Shown one piece after another: positions 1 to 9,134 of a stretch of DNA of 64,000 nucleotides. The notes beneath the pieces were generated by a model. That model searched no databases. It worked only from the letters and a program-made list of their open reading frames with translations, and was not told the origin of the DNA. The translations under genes were made by a program, and so were the position numbers. The stretch is from an uncultured Ruminococcus sp. (lineage in GTDB: Bacteria; Bacillota; Clostridia; Oscillospirales; Acutalibacteraceae). Numbering within the stretch: position 1 is the first letter of the stretch; each line of letters begins with the position of its first letter. The stretch is taken from assembly GCA_902792105.1 (NCBI GenBank), contig CADAYK010000001.1, forward strand, positions 4,823 through 68,822. The letters run 5' to 3'.

Positions 1-1
1 A

Positions 2-30
2 TTGCATTTTTCGGCAGATTGTTATATAAT
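2..30 (+). promoter_or_regulatory. sigma-A-type promoter of the sufC/sufB-like operon
   Basis: TTGCAT (2-7), 17-bp spacer, TATAAT (25-30). Confidence 0.65.
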
Positions 31-67
31 AAAAAACAGTGCAAAAACAAGTTTAAGGAGAACAGTT

Positions 68-796
68 ATGTTAGAGCTAAAGAACATTTCCTTTACCGTA
101 GGTGAAGACGCGGAAAGAAAGACTATAATCCGCGACTTAAGCCTTACAATCGAAAACGGTAAGTTTGTAGTTATTACAGGTCCCAACGGCAGCGGAAAGT
201 CAACCCTGGCGCGTATAATCATGGGTATCGAGCAGCCGTGCGAAGGCAAGATCTTGTTTGACGGTCAGGACATCACCGCACTTAATATAACCGAGCGCGC
301 CAAGCTGGGAATCAGCTTTGCGCTGCAGCAGCCCGTTCGCTTCAAGGGTATACGTGTTCACGACCTTATGCAAATCGCCGCAGGCAAAAAACTCAGCATC
401 AACGACGCGTGCGACTATCTGTCGGAGGTGGGACTCTGTGCGCGCGACTATATCGACCGCGAAATAAATTCGTCGCTTTCGGGCGGAGAGCTTAAGCGTA
501 TAGAGATCGCCACGCTTTTGGCGCGCAAAACCAAGCTCAGCGTGTTTGACGAACCCGAGGCGGGAATCGACCTTTGGAGCTTTCAGAATCTTATCCGCAT
601 TTTTGAGAATATGCGCAACGAAATCAAGGACAGCTCAATTGTGATAATTTCGCACCAGGAGCGCATTTTAAACATCGCGGACGAAATCGTTCTGCTTGTA
701 AACGGCAAAATCAAAAAGACAGGCACGGCAGAGAAAATTCTGCCTGAGCTTGTAGGCACCTCAGCAGCGGTAGACGCCTGCGAAAGATTGAAGTAA
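68..796 (+). CDS. sufC: SufC/SmsC-like ABC ATPase (Fe-S cluster assembly)
   Basis: Walker A GPNGSGKST, signature LSGGELKR, FDEPEAGID. ATG at 68 follows AAGGAG. Lies upstream of a SufB/D-family gene. Confidence 0.8.
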   Translation: MLELKNISFTVGEDAERKTIIRDLSLTIENGKFVVITGPNGSGKSTLARIIMGIEQPCEGKILFDGQDITALNITERAKLGISFALQQPVRFKGIRVHDLMQIAAGKKLSINDACDYLSEVGLCARDYIDREINSSLSGGELKRIEIATLLARKTKLSVFDEPEAGIDLWSFQNLIRIFENMRNEIKDSSIVIISHQERILNIADEIVLLVNGKIKKTGTAEKILPELVGTSAAVDACERLK

Positions 797-808
797 GGGG
801 GAAGGGCA

Positions 809-1735
809 GTGCTTAATTTAGACGCAATTCAGCAAAGAATATTGGCAGAGGTTGCCGACCTCCACGAGGTTCCGGCAGGAGCCTACAACTTCCGTGTAAA
901 CAGTAAGCTCGCCGGCAGACACACCACGGCGAACATCGACATAATCAGCAAGGACAACGGCTCGGGAATCGACATCTTCATAAAGCCGAACACAAAAAAC
1001 GAAAGCGTTCACATTCCCGTTGTGGTCAGCGCAACAGGCATAAAGGAAACCGTCTATAACGATTTCTTCATCGGCGACAACTGCGACGTGGTGATAGTGG
1101 CAGGCTGCGGAATCGACAACTGCGGCAGCCACGACGCCGAGCACGACGGTATCCACCGTTTTTACGTGGGCAAAAACTCAAAGGTAAAATATGTTGAAAA
1201 GCATTACGGCAGCGGCGACGGCACGGGAAAACGAATCCTCAACCCCGTTACCGAGGTTTATATGGAGGAAGGCAGCTCTATGGAAATGGAAATGGAGCAG
1301 ATAAAGGGCGTTGATTCCACCGACCGAATGACAATTGCCGAGCTTAAAGACGACGCAAGGCTTGTTGTCAAGGAGCGCCTTATGACTCACGGCACCCAGT
1401 TTGCCAAAAGCGGCTATCAGGTCAACCTAAACGGCAAAAACTCCACTGCCGACGTTGTGTCGCGTTCGGTGGCGCGCGACACCTCAAACCAAACCTTCAA
1501 CGCAAGGATCACGGGCAACGCGCCCTGCAGCGGTCACACCGAGTGCGACTCGATCATTATGGACGAGGGCAAGATCCTCGCGATACCCTCGCTTGAGGCA
1601 AACAATGTTGACGCTATGCTTGTTCACGAGGCGGCGATCGGAAAAATTGCGGGCGACCAGCTCATAAAGCTTATGACTCTCGGACTGACCGAGGCCGAGG
1701 CTGAGGAGCAGATAATCAACGGATTTTTAAGATAA
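809..1735 (+). CDS. SufB/SufD-family Fe-S scaffold protein (SmsB-like)
   Basis: C-terminal GHTECDSII...IPSLEA...LVHEAAIGKIAGDQLIKLMTLGLTEAEAEEQIINGFL is typical of the SufBD family. Confidence 0.85.
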   Translation: MLNLDAIQQRILAEVADLHEVPAGAYNFRVNSKLAGRHTTANIDIISKDNGSGIDIFIKPNTKNESVHIPVVVSATGIKETVYNDFFIGDNCDVVIVAGCGIDNCGSHDAEHDGIHRFYVGKNSKVKYVEKHYGSGDGTGKRILNPVTEVYMEEGSSMEMEMEQIKGVDSTDRMTIAELKDDARLVVKERLMTHGTQFAKSGYQVNLNGKNSTADVVSRSVARDTSNQTFNARITGNAPCSGHTECDSIIMDEGKILAIPSLEANNVDAMLVHEAAIGKIAGDQLIKLMTLGLTEAEAEEQIINGFLR

Positions 1736-1760
1736 TATAAGATAATATAAGATAATATAA
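1731..1760. repeat. 10-bp tandem repeat GATAATATAA x3 spanning the stop codon
   Basis: three exact copies at 1731, 1741 and 1751. Confidence 0.9.
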
Positions 1761-1800
1761 AAAAACGCAGGCAGTTCAAAACCAAACTGTCTGCGTTTTT
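1761..1800. terminator. bidirectional intrinsic terminator between convergent operons
   Basis: AAAAACGCAGGCAGTT...AACTGTCTGCGTTTTT hairpin with A/T tails. Confidence 0.85.
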
Positions 1801-1820
1801 GTTATGCTTTGAAGAAATAA

Positions 1821-2693
1821 TTATCCCTTAACAGCGCCCGAAACAACACCTTCAATGATGTATTTTTGACAGGCGAAGTAGAACGCAACGATCGGAATAA
1901 TACTCAGCACAACCAACGCCATAATAGCGCCGTTGTCGGTCTGACCGTAGCTTCCGTTAAGGAACTGCATGTGAATGGGAATGGTTCGGTACTCTCCGTC
2001 CAAAATCAAATAGGGAAGAAGGTAGTCGTTCCAAATCCACATTGTTTCAAGAATAGCGACCGAAATAACCGTGGGCTTCATAATCGGAAGAACCACGCCG
2101 AAGTAGGTTTTCAGCGGTCCTGCTCCGTCAACATCGGCAGCCTCCTCGATTTCGATCGGGATCGATTTTACAAAGCCCGAGAACATAAACACCGACAAGC
2201 CCGCGCCGAAGCCGAGATAAATAAGCAGAATACCCCAGGGAGTAATGAGCTTAAGCTTGTTGGCAGTGTCCGAAAGTGTGAACATTACCATCTGGAAGGG
2301 AACAACCATCGAGAAAATGCAGAAATAATAAATTATCTTGCATATTATCGTGTTTGAACGCTGAATATACCACGCGCACATCGAAGTGCAAAGCAAAATC
2401 AGGAACACGCCGCCCAGGGTAATAAACAGGCTCCAAATAGCAGCTTCCCAAAACGGATAGTTACCAAAGGTCATGCCCTTAACAAAGTTTGCGAAACCGT
2501 TAAAGCTTTCGGCGGTAGGAAACGCAAAAAGATTACGGCTTATGTCCTCGTTTGTTTTAAACGAGTTATAAAGTACAATGACTATCGGCATTACATAAAA
2601 AACCGAAACTATAGTGAAAATCACCGTAAGAATTTTCATGCCGACAGTTTGTTTTTTTACTTTTTTAGGTTCTTTTGCTGTAACTTTTGCCAT
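1821..2693 (-). CDS. carbohydrate ABC transporter permease (MalG/MsmG-like)
   Basis: multiple TM segments, EAA loop IEEAADVDGA, WIWNDYLLP, C-terminal GAVKG. Confidence 0.92.
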   Translation of the reverse strand: MAKVTAKEPKKVKKQTVGMKILTVIFTIVSVFYVMPIVIVLYNSFKTNEDISRNLFAFPTAESFNGFANFVKGMTFGNYPFWEAAIWSLFITLGGVFLILLCTSMCAWYIQRSNTIICKIIYYFCIFSMVVPFQMVMFTLSDTANKLKLITPWGILLIYLGFGAGLSVFMFSGFVKSIPIEIEEAADVDGAGPLKTYFGVVLPIMKPTVISVAILETMWIWNDYLLPYLILDGEYRTIPIHMQFLNGSYGQTDNGAIMALVVLSIIPIVAFYFACQKYIIEGVVSGAVKG

Positions 2694-3559
2694 TAAGCCT
2701 GCACCTCTTTTCTTCTTGTGAGGAACAGCTGCAGCAGCGAAATAGCTACTACAATAATGAAGAAGATAACGCCCTCAGCCTGTCCTACGCCTTTGGCGCT
2801 TCTGCCTTCGCCGTAGAAGGTTTTGTAAATGTTCAGCGCCATCATTCGCGTTGTCCAGATTCCGTCCTTAAGCGGAGCACCTCCGGTAAGCGCAAGGTTC
2901 TGGTCAAACAGCTTAAAGGAGTTGGTAAGTGTAAGGAACGAGCAGATCGTGATGGAAGGCATCATCATCGGCAGCGTTACCTTGGTAAGTAATTGTCCTT
3001 TGGTTGCGCCGTCAATCTTTGCCGCTTCATAAAGGTCAGACGGAACATTCTGGAAGCCGGCAATATAAATTATCATCATGTAACCTGCCTGTTGCCAGCA
3101 CATCAGGATAACCAAGCCCCAAAAACCCATGTCGCTGTTTGTAACAAGCGAAGGCATGTCAAGGTTTCTGAGTATGCCGTCAAAAATCTGATGCCAGATA
3201 TATCCCAGAATAATACCTCCGACGAGGTTAGGCATAAAGAATACGGTTCTGAAAACATTAGATCCTCGAATTCCTATTGTCAGTCCGTAAGCGACAAAAA
3301 ACGCAATAAGGTTTATAAGAACCAGGCTTACAACAACAAAGCCTAATGTAAACCAGAAGGATCTTAAAAAGCTGTCGTCCTGAAAAGCCTTTAAGTAGTT
3401 GTTGATACCGACAAATTTGGTTTTTGAAACGATCTGAAACTGAAAGAACGACAGGTAAATTCCTCTTATAAACGGATAAATAAAACCTATAACGAACGCC
3501 GCAAACGTAGGAAGAACAAAGATTAATGCATACAGCTTTCTTTTTGGTTTTTTAAACAT
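2693..3559 (-). CDS. carbohydrate ABC transporter permease (MalF/MsmF-like)
   Basis: FRTVFFMP, EAA loop LYEAAKIDGA, FKLFDQ. Confidence 0.92.
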   Translation of the reverse strand: MFKKPKRKLYALIFVLPTFAAFVIGFIYPFIRGIYLSFFQFQIVSKTKFVGINNYLKAFQDDSFLRSFWFTLGFVVVSLVLINLIAFFVAYGLTIGIRGSNVFRTVFFMPNLVGGIILGYIWHQIFDGILRNLDMPSLVTNSDMGFWGLVILMCWQQAGYMMIIYIAGFQNVPSDLYEAAKIDGATKGQLLTKVTLPMMMPSITICSFLTLTNSFKLFDQNLALTGGAPLKDGIWTTRMMALNIYKTFYGEGRSAKGVGQAEGVIFFIIVVAISLLQLFLTRRKEVQA

Positions 3560-3581
3560 CTCTTTGCCTTTCTTTATACAG

Positions 3582-3760
3582 TAAGGAGAAGGAAAAAGCT
3601 GATAAGCCGCAAAGCAAAAAAATCAGGGCTCGGTCTTGACCGGACCGTGGCTGAACACCATAAGCATTTTTATAGTCCACTCGTCGGTCAAGACACGACC
3701 CCTACAGCTGTTTTATTTGAGTTTTTACCGTTTTAGCTGTTAAAGCTTAACCGTCTCCTA
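3582..3760 (-). other. ~180-nt intercistronic irregular hairpin between the binding-protein and permease genes
   Basis: nested inverted repeats: GTCTTGACCG 3633-3642 / CGGTCAAGAC 3685-3694; AGGAGA 3584-3589 / TCTCCT 3754-3759. Extra G-U pairs form on the minus (mRNA) strand. Confidence 0.7.
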
Positions 3761-3805
3761 AAAATTTATATGCTGATTAATTCAACTTAAATTCAGAGTT
3801 GCCGA

Positions 3806-5158
3806 TTATTCCGTAGCCTTTGCTTTCTCTGTCTTCCAGTTGTCAACAAATGCCTTCTTTACAGCATCCCAGTCGCCTGTGCCTGCAGCGTACTGAGTAA
3901 GAGCAGCGCCTACGCCGTTCTTCCACTCTTCGCTGGGCATTGTTGTAAAGTTCCAGCTAACGGGAGTTTTGCCTGCTTTTGTAAGCTCGGTGTCAATCTT
4001 AACAAGAGCGTTCTTTGACTCTTTGGCTGCCTTGAAAGGAATTGTAAAGTTCATTTTCTCAGCCATAGCCTTTGTGCCTTCTTCGCTTGATACACACCAG
4101 TTGATGAACTCAAGTGTAGCTGCCTTGTCGTCATCGCTTGCGTCTTTGTTTACGCACCAATAGTTCTCTGTACCTGTGCAAAGTCCCTGTTTAGCTTCAT
4201 CGCCTGCGCCGATGTAAATAGGAAGCATGCCCATTTCGTCGTCCTTAAGGGACTTTGAAATTGCGTCGTATTCCCATGTACCGTTCTGGAAGAATACAGC
4301 CTTGCCGTCCTTAAACTCTGTCTCGGCGTTTTCGCCTGTCTTTGAAGCCAGCTCTGTGGGCTTGCAGGTGGAGTTGTTAATGTACAGATCAAAGATGTTC
4401 TTGTAGTTGTCAAGGTAGGTGCCTTTTAACTCTTTCTTATCGGATACATTGTCATCCTTGTACTCGAAATAGATGGGAAGGTTGGCAAGGTGAGTCTTGA
4501 ATCTCCAGTCTGATGAAGAATCCATACCTGCCGATGTGAACGCGCCGTCTACGCCAAGAGCCTCTTTGTTCTTCTGGATCTCTTCTGCAACAGTCTTAAG
4601 CTTATCGAAGCTGTTGATGTCATCGATCTTCTTAACTGTAGCAAAGTCGCTGTCACAGTATTTCTGAAGGAGAGTTTTGTTGTAAATGATACCGTAGGTC
4701 TCGATTACATAAGCAATACCCTTGGTTTTGCCGTCCTCTTTGAGCGCAAAGTCTTCTGAAGTAAGATTCTTTGCGATCTCGGAATTTGTAAGGTCGTCGC
4801 AGAATTCGCCCCATTTGGCAAGTCCTACGGGACCGTTTACCTGGAACAGTGTGGGAGCGTTGTCCTTGTTCATTTCCGAGGTAAGAGTCTGCTCATAGGT
4901 GCCTTCGGCAGCAGTCTTAACTGTTACCTCAACGCCCTTTGCCTTGGTGTATTCTTTTGCAAGATTCTGCCAAGCCTCGTCCTGCTCGGGCTTAAAGTTT
5001 AAGTAATAAACCTTGCCCTTTGAAGCGTCGCCCTTCTTTTCTTCGCCGGAAGCAGCTGAACCTGAACTTGAGCTTCCGCCGCAGCCTGCAAGTGCTGTAC
5101 CTGCCATCAAAGCGGCAAGAACAAGAGCAGACGCTCTTTTGAGATGTGTCTTTTTCAC
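3806..5158 (-). CDS. sugar ABC transporter substrate-binding lipoprotein (probably malto-/alpha-gluco-oligosaccharide)
   Basis: lipobox ALAGC, Ser-rich linker, VYYLNFKPEQ...FFQNGTWEY motifs. GTG start at 5158 follows AGGTGA. Substrate is inferred. Confidence 0.88.
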   Translation of the reverse strand: MKKTHLKRASALVLAALMAGTALAGCGGSSSSGSAASGEEKKGDASKGKVYYLNFKPEQDEAWQNLAKEYTKAKGVEVTVKTAAEGTYEQTLTSEMNKDNAPTLFQVNGPVGLAKWGEFCDDLTNSEIAKNLTSEDFALKEDGKTKGIAYVIETYGIIYNKTLLQKYCDSDFATVKKIDDINSFDKLKTVAEEIQKNKEALGVDGAFTSAGMDSSSDWRFKTHLANLPIYFEYKDDNVSDKKELKGTYLDNYKNIFDLYINNSTCKPTELASKTGENAETEFKDGKAVFFQNGTWEYDAISKSLKDDEMGMLPIYIGAGDEAKQGLCTGTENYWCVNKDASDDDKAATLEFINWCVSSEEGTKAMAEKMNFTIPFKAAKESKNALVKIDTELTKAGKTPVSWNFTTMPSEEWKNGVGAALTQYAAGTGDWDAVKKAFVDNWKTEKAKATE

Positions 5159-5242
5159 GTCAATCACCTTTTCTGAAAATATTTATCCGAAATCCGTCGG
5201 ATATACGTCGAAAGCCTGATATTAAGCTTTCAATTTAAATAA

Positions 5243-5271
5243 ATAATAGCATTTTATCTGTTAAAAATCAA
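5243..5271 (-). promoter_or_regulatory. sigma-A-type promoter of the sugar ABC operon
   Basis: minus strand TTGATT, 17 bp, TATTAT with extended-10 TG. Confidence 0.6.
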
Positions 5272-5500
5272 GAAAAACTTTTGCCTTATTGTTGAAAATT
5301 TAGTGTATTTTTTGTTGCTTTGTGTGTTGGTTACAATTTAATAACCAATTTATAACGCTATAAATGAAGATTATAACTATATTTCTTTAAAAGAATCAAC
5401 AAACACAATTTTGTAATATGTGTAAAAATAGAATAATATTGAAAAACTTTGTCAAACTGTGATATACTATCTCTTGAAAAACTACTCAGAGGTAAAAAGA

Positions 5501-6343
5501 ATGAATAATAAAAAACAAAATTCGTTTACTGTTTTCTTCTCGCATTTTCCGGCGCTGTTGCTCGCGGGAGTTATATTTTCGGCTTTTTTTGCCGCGTTTA
5601 TGACATTATCGATTTCAGCCGCAAAGCTTTCGGGCTTTGACAATATTCTTGTGTGGGGGCTCGGAATAATTCCGTCGTCGGTTTTCCTGCCCGGACTTGT
5701 AATGGTCGTGCGAAAATATTCTGTCGAGAAAAATTTCGTTCCCGTAATTTCGACTTTTTTTAAGGCGGTCAGGGAAAATTTTAAGGATTTTATATTTCAC
5801 GGATTTGTTATATACCTTATTTTCGCTTCTTCGTTTTTCGCGATCCTATACTACTTCACCCAGGCGCAAACCGACATTGTTTTTGCGTATATTCTCGTTA
5901 TCTACATTCTTTTTACGGCAATAATGATACTCATGCTGTTTTACCTTCCGCTTATGGCTGTGACCTATGAGCTTCGTTACCGCGACCTTTATAAAAACTC
6001 GCTGCTGATGATTTTCGGTAAAATCCTTACCAATATAATCACCTTTGTCATGGTCGGCGTACTTGCGGGAGGCTCGGTTTTTCTGCTTGTTTTCACCGAC
6101 GGCGCGGCAAGAACAGCGGCGATAATTTTAATTACGGCATTATTGCCTCTGCTTATAACATATTTAATTGTTTCAATGATTTCAAAGGGAATGCAGGAAA
6201 ATATGGGTTCGTTTGTAAATAACGCCGAACAACCCAAAAACGTGCTTTCCGAAGAAGAAAAACAAACCGTGCAAAATACTCGATCCGACGACGACTATAT
6301 ATTTATCAACGGCAAAATGGTGAAAAATCCGAACAAAAAATAA
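5501..6343 (+). CDS. YesL/DUF624-family membrane protein
   Basis: ~6 TM segments, TFFKAVRENFK and LYKNSLL motifs, divergent from the sugar ABC operon. ATG 5501 follows GAGG. Confidence 0.7.
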   Translation: MNNKKQNSFTVFFSHFPALLLAGVIFSAFFAAFMTLSISAAKLSGFDNILVWGLGIIPSSVFLPGLVMVVRKYSVEKNFVPVISTFFKAVRENFKDFIFHGFVIYLIFASSFFAILYYFTQAQTDIVFAYILVIYILFTAIMILMLFYLPLMAVTYELRYRDLYKNSLLMIFGKILTNIITFVMVGVLAGGSVFLLVFTDGAARTAAIILITALLPLLITYLIVSMISKGMQENMGSFVNNAEQPKNVLSEEEKQTVQNTRSDDDYIFINGKMVKNPNKK

Positions 6344-6377
6344 AAGGCGCCGGCAAATGCCGAAACACCTTACAAAG

Positions 6378-6412
6378 AAAAAGCAGGGAGCAGTCAACCG
6401 CTCCCTGTTTTT
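6378..6412. terminator. bidirectional terminator
   Basis: CAGGGAGC...GCTCCCTG hairpin flanked by A and T runs between convergent genes. Confidence 0.75.
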
Positions 6413-6959
6413 AAATTTCATTCAGCTTTTTATTCAGCAGGGCAACCGGCAGTCCGACCACGTTAAAGTAGTCGCCCTTGATCTGCCTGACAAGCAGCGA
6501 GCCCTTGCCCTGAATTCCGTAAGCGCCTGCTTTGTCCGACGGCTCGCCCGTGGCGATGTATTCCTCGATCTCCGCGTTGCTAAGTTCATAAAATTCAACC
6601 TCGGTGACCTGCGAAAACCTGATCACTCTGCTGCCCTTAAAAATTGCGCAGCCGGTTATAACGAGGTGAGTTTTGCCCGACAGCAGTTTAAGGATCTCAA
6701 AAGCCGCCTTGTCGGATTTCGGCTTGCCGATCATCTGGTTGTCAACAAAAACACCGGTATCGCAGCCGATAACCGTGTCGTCGGGGTGCAGCTTGTGAAC
6801 ATACTCCGCCTTTTTAAAGGCAAGGTGCTCCGGAATTTTATAAAGGTCAATTTGTTCGTGAATGCTTTCGTCAATGTGCGCCGGTTCAATTTTATAATTT
6901 TCCGTAATCAGCGATAAAAGCTCCTGCCTTCTCGGCGAAGCAGAGGCGAGAACAATCAT
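6411..6959 (-). CDS. maf: Maf-family nucleoside triphosphate pyrophosphatase
   Basis: IVLASASPRR, GCDT, GEPSDKAGAYGIQG, NVVGLP. Confidence 0.93.
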   Translation of the reverse strand: MIVLASASPRRQELLSLITENYKIEPAHIDESIHEQIDLYKIPEHLAFKKAEYVHKLHPDDTVIGCDTGVFVDNQMIGKPKSDKAAFEILKLLSGKTHLVITGCAIFKGSRVIRFSQVTEVEFYELSNAEIEEYIATGEPSDKAGAYGIQGKGSLLVRQIKGDYFNVVGLPVALLNKKLNEI

Positions 6960-7125
6960 AATAACCCTCTTTTCCAAGTAAGTAAATTCTAATTATATCC
7001 TACACTAAAAATATGCTTTTGTAAAGATAAATCTTTTATCACTGCAAAATACAATAAAACTATTCTCTTTTTTATTTGTTTGGTTTATAATAAAAGAAAA
7101 GAAATTTTATCAGCGAGGCGGTATT

Positions 7126-7356
7126 ATGAAGAAGCATTTTTTTACACCCAAAAACACAGGCTTTGACGTTTCTCCCTACGATCCCGAAACCCACTGCGCC
7201 GTCATACGCAGTTCGATCTGCACCGGGGAAAAGGTGGCAGGCTTTAAGGACAGGCGCGACGGACATTTTACCGAGGTAATGCTTATCCGCAGTGAAAAGG
7301 ATAAACAGGAGTTTATGAAAAAATACAATGTGGAAACTCTGAAGGTTGAATACTGA
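7126..7356 (+). CDS. small conserved hypothetical protein
   Basis: 76 aa, RBS GAGG, motif AVIRSSICTGEKVAGFKD; function unknown. Confidence 0.7.
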   Translation: MKKHFFTPKNTGFDVSPYDPETHCAVIRSSICTGEKVAGFKDRRDGHFTEVMLIRSEKDKQEFMKKYNVETLKVEY

Positions 7357-7374
7357 ATCACGGAGGATAGAAAT

Positions 7375-7872
7375 ATGCAGGACTTTATTTTTAAACCGGC
7401 AGGAGACGGAACCTACTGTGTCGCCGGCTACACCGGAGACGAAGCCGAGGTTGTAATACCCGAAAGCTACGGCAGCGGAGTTATAACTGTAATAGGCGAC
7501 AAGCTTTTCAGCGGTCACAGCGAAATAACATTGGTGAAAATCCCTGCCACTATAACCAATATTGGCGAATTTGTGTTTGACGGATGCGAAAACCTTCGCA
7601 AAATCGATCTTCCGCCAACGGTTGAATGTCTGTGGGGCTACACCTTTGTACGCTGCGGAATCGAGGAAATTAAGCTTCCCGACGCTTTTGTAACTGTTCC
7701 GCCATTTGCTTTCAAGGACTGTAAAAATCTTAAAAAAGTGGTATGCAATAAAGGGCTTAAAAAAATCTATTCATGGGCGTTCGGCGGCTGCGATAACCTA
7801 AAGGAATTTGTATGCGAGCCGACTACACAGGTCAGCCCCCAAGCTTTTGATACAAAAGAATTGAACACATAA
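7375..7872 (+). CDS. BspA-type leucine-rich repeat (LRR_5) protein
   Basis: repeats such as IGEFVFDGCENLRKIDLP and AFKDCKNLKKV; RBS GGAGG. Confidence 0.85.
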   Translation: MQDFIFKPAGDGTYCVAGYTGDEAEVVIPESYGSGVITVIGDKLFSGHSEITLVKIPATITNIGEFVFDGCENLRKIDLPPTVECLWGYTFVRCGIEEIKLPDAFVTVPPFAFKDCKNLKKVVCNKGLKKIYSWAFGGCDNLKEFVCEPTTQVSPQAFDTKELNT

Positions 7873-7875
7873 GTT

Positions 7876-7902
7876 AAGGCGCTGCCAATTCGGTAGCGCC
7901 TT
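7876..7902. terminator. terminator hairpin between convergent genes
   Basis: AAGGCGCTGCC...GGTAGCGCCTT. Confidence 0.6.
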
Positions 7903-7922
7903 GCTAAATTTCAGAATTAGAA

Positions 7923-8666
7923 TTATGAGCGGATGAAAATAAATTCAGTTTCCGTGGAACGGGCTTCGTCAAACTTATAACCTCTTACATTAAAGGCTTT
8001 AAGCCCGTCGGGAGTCTGCGCGTTTGTTTCCGCGGCAAAACGAACCATTTCGCCACGCGCCATCTTTGCGTAAACGCCTTTTTGAACAACCCTTCCGCCG
8101 CTTAACTCGCCGAAAACAACGGTAATAAACCTGTCCTCAGGCTGAATATACTTTTCAATGCACTTTGAGTATTCCTTTGACGCAAGGTTAATTATAACCC
8201 TGTCATCCGGAAGAACACTGCGGTACAGCGAATCTCCCCAAAAATCATAAAGATTTTTGAAGCCTCCGGGCTTAGCCTTAGCCTGCATTTCAAGGCGGTA
8301 GGGAACAACGCCGTCCATTGGCTTAAGCGCGCCGTAAAAGCCCGACAAAATCCTCAAATGCCCGTTCACGTAATCAAAATGCCTGCGCTCAAAAACGTTT
8401 GCCGCCATATAGGTGTACTGGATCCCGTCATAAGCCAAAACCGCAGGAGTCAGGTCAGCTTTTAAGTCCATGGTCGCGAAGCGTTCGCGGTTTTCCTCTG
8501 CGATTTTGTCGCTGCAAGCCCAAAGCTTTTTTTGCTCCGCGTAAGAAAGAGTATTGATCCAAGTTTTAAGCTCCTCCGTTTTGCCGATAAACTCAGGCAG
8601 ATCCGAACACAAAAAGGTGTCGTTGTCAACGCGCATCTGCTTTGCGGGAGCAATGATCAGCCTCAT
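7923..8666 (-). CDS. yaaA: peroxide stress protein YaaA
   Basis: IIAPAKQM, ILSGFYGALKPMDGVVPYRLEM, INLASKEY, YAKMARGEM. Confidence 0.9.
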   Translation of the reverse strand: MRLIIAPAKQMRVDNDTFLCSDLPEFIGKTEELKTWINTLSYAEQKKLWACSDKIAEENRERFATMDLKADLTPAVLAYDGIQYTYMAANVFERRHFDYVNGHLRILSGFYGALKPMDGVVPYRLEMQAKAKPGGFKNLYDFWGDSLYRSVLPDDRVIINLASKEYSKCIEKYIQPEDRFITVVFGELSGGRVVQKGVYAKMARGEMVRFAAETNAQTPDGLKAFNVRGYKFDEARSTETEFIFIRS

Positions 8667-9118
8667 TCCAGTTCACCGAGCATTTGCGCGGGATTGTCGG
8701 CAGCCTTGACCTTGCCGAACGCTTTTTCGATTATGCCGTTTTCGTCAATCAAATAGGTTGTACGCACAACGCCCATGCTGACCTTTCCGTAAAGCTTCTT
8801 TTCCTTCCACACGTCATAAGCCTGAATAACCGTCTTTTCGGTGTCGGACAAAAGAGTGAACGGCAAACCGTATTTCTCCTCAAACCTCTTGTGCGATGCC
8901 ACGGTGTCCTTGCTGATGCCGATGACCGCCGCGCCTTTTTCACGGAACTGAGGATACAGTTCGCCGAAGGCGCAAGCCTGCTTGGTGCAGCCTGCCGTCA
9001 TATCCTTGGGATAAAAATATAAAATAACCTTCTGTCCCTTAAAATCCGACAGCGATTTTTCCTCGCCGTTTTGGTCGGGAAGGGTAAAATCAGGTGCTTT
9101 TGTTCCGACTTCCAACAT
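8663..9118 (-). CDS. bcp: thioredoxin-dependent thiol peroxidase Bcp/PrxQ
   Basis: APDFTL, YFYPKDMTAGCTKQAC. Confidence 0.93.
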   Translation of the reverse strand: MLEVGTKAPDFTLPDQNGEEKSLSDFKGQKVILYFYPKDMTAGCTKQACAFGELYPQFREKGAAVIGISKDTVASHKRFEEKYGLPFTLLSDTEKTVIQAYDVWKEKKLYGKVSMGVVRTTYLIDENGIIEKAFGKVKAADNPAQMLGELE

Positions 9119-9134
9119 AGCTTTTACCTCCGTT

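Noticed and set aside
3582-3760. Calling the hairpin 6S or SRP RNA
   Set aside because: No SRP GGAA-tetraloop domain and no recognisable 6S motifs; its position inside an operon favours a cis-acting element.
6357-6917. Long antisense ORFs (also 13991-14713, 52924-53523, 58178-58924)
   Set aside because: They lie opposite well-supported genes and lack RBSs or motifs; such shadows are expected from codon bias.
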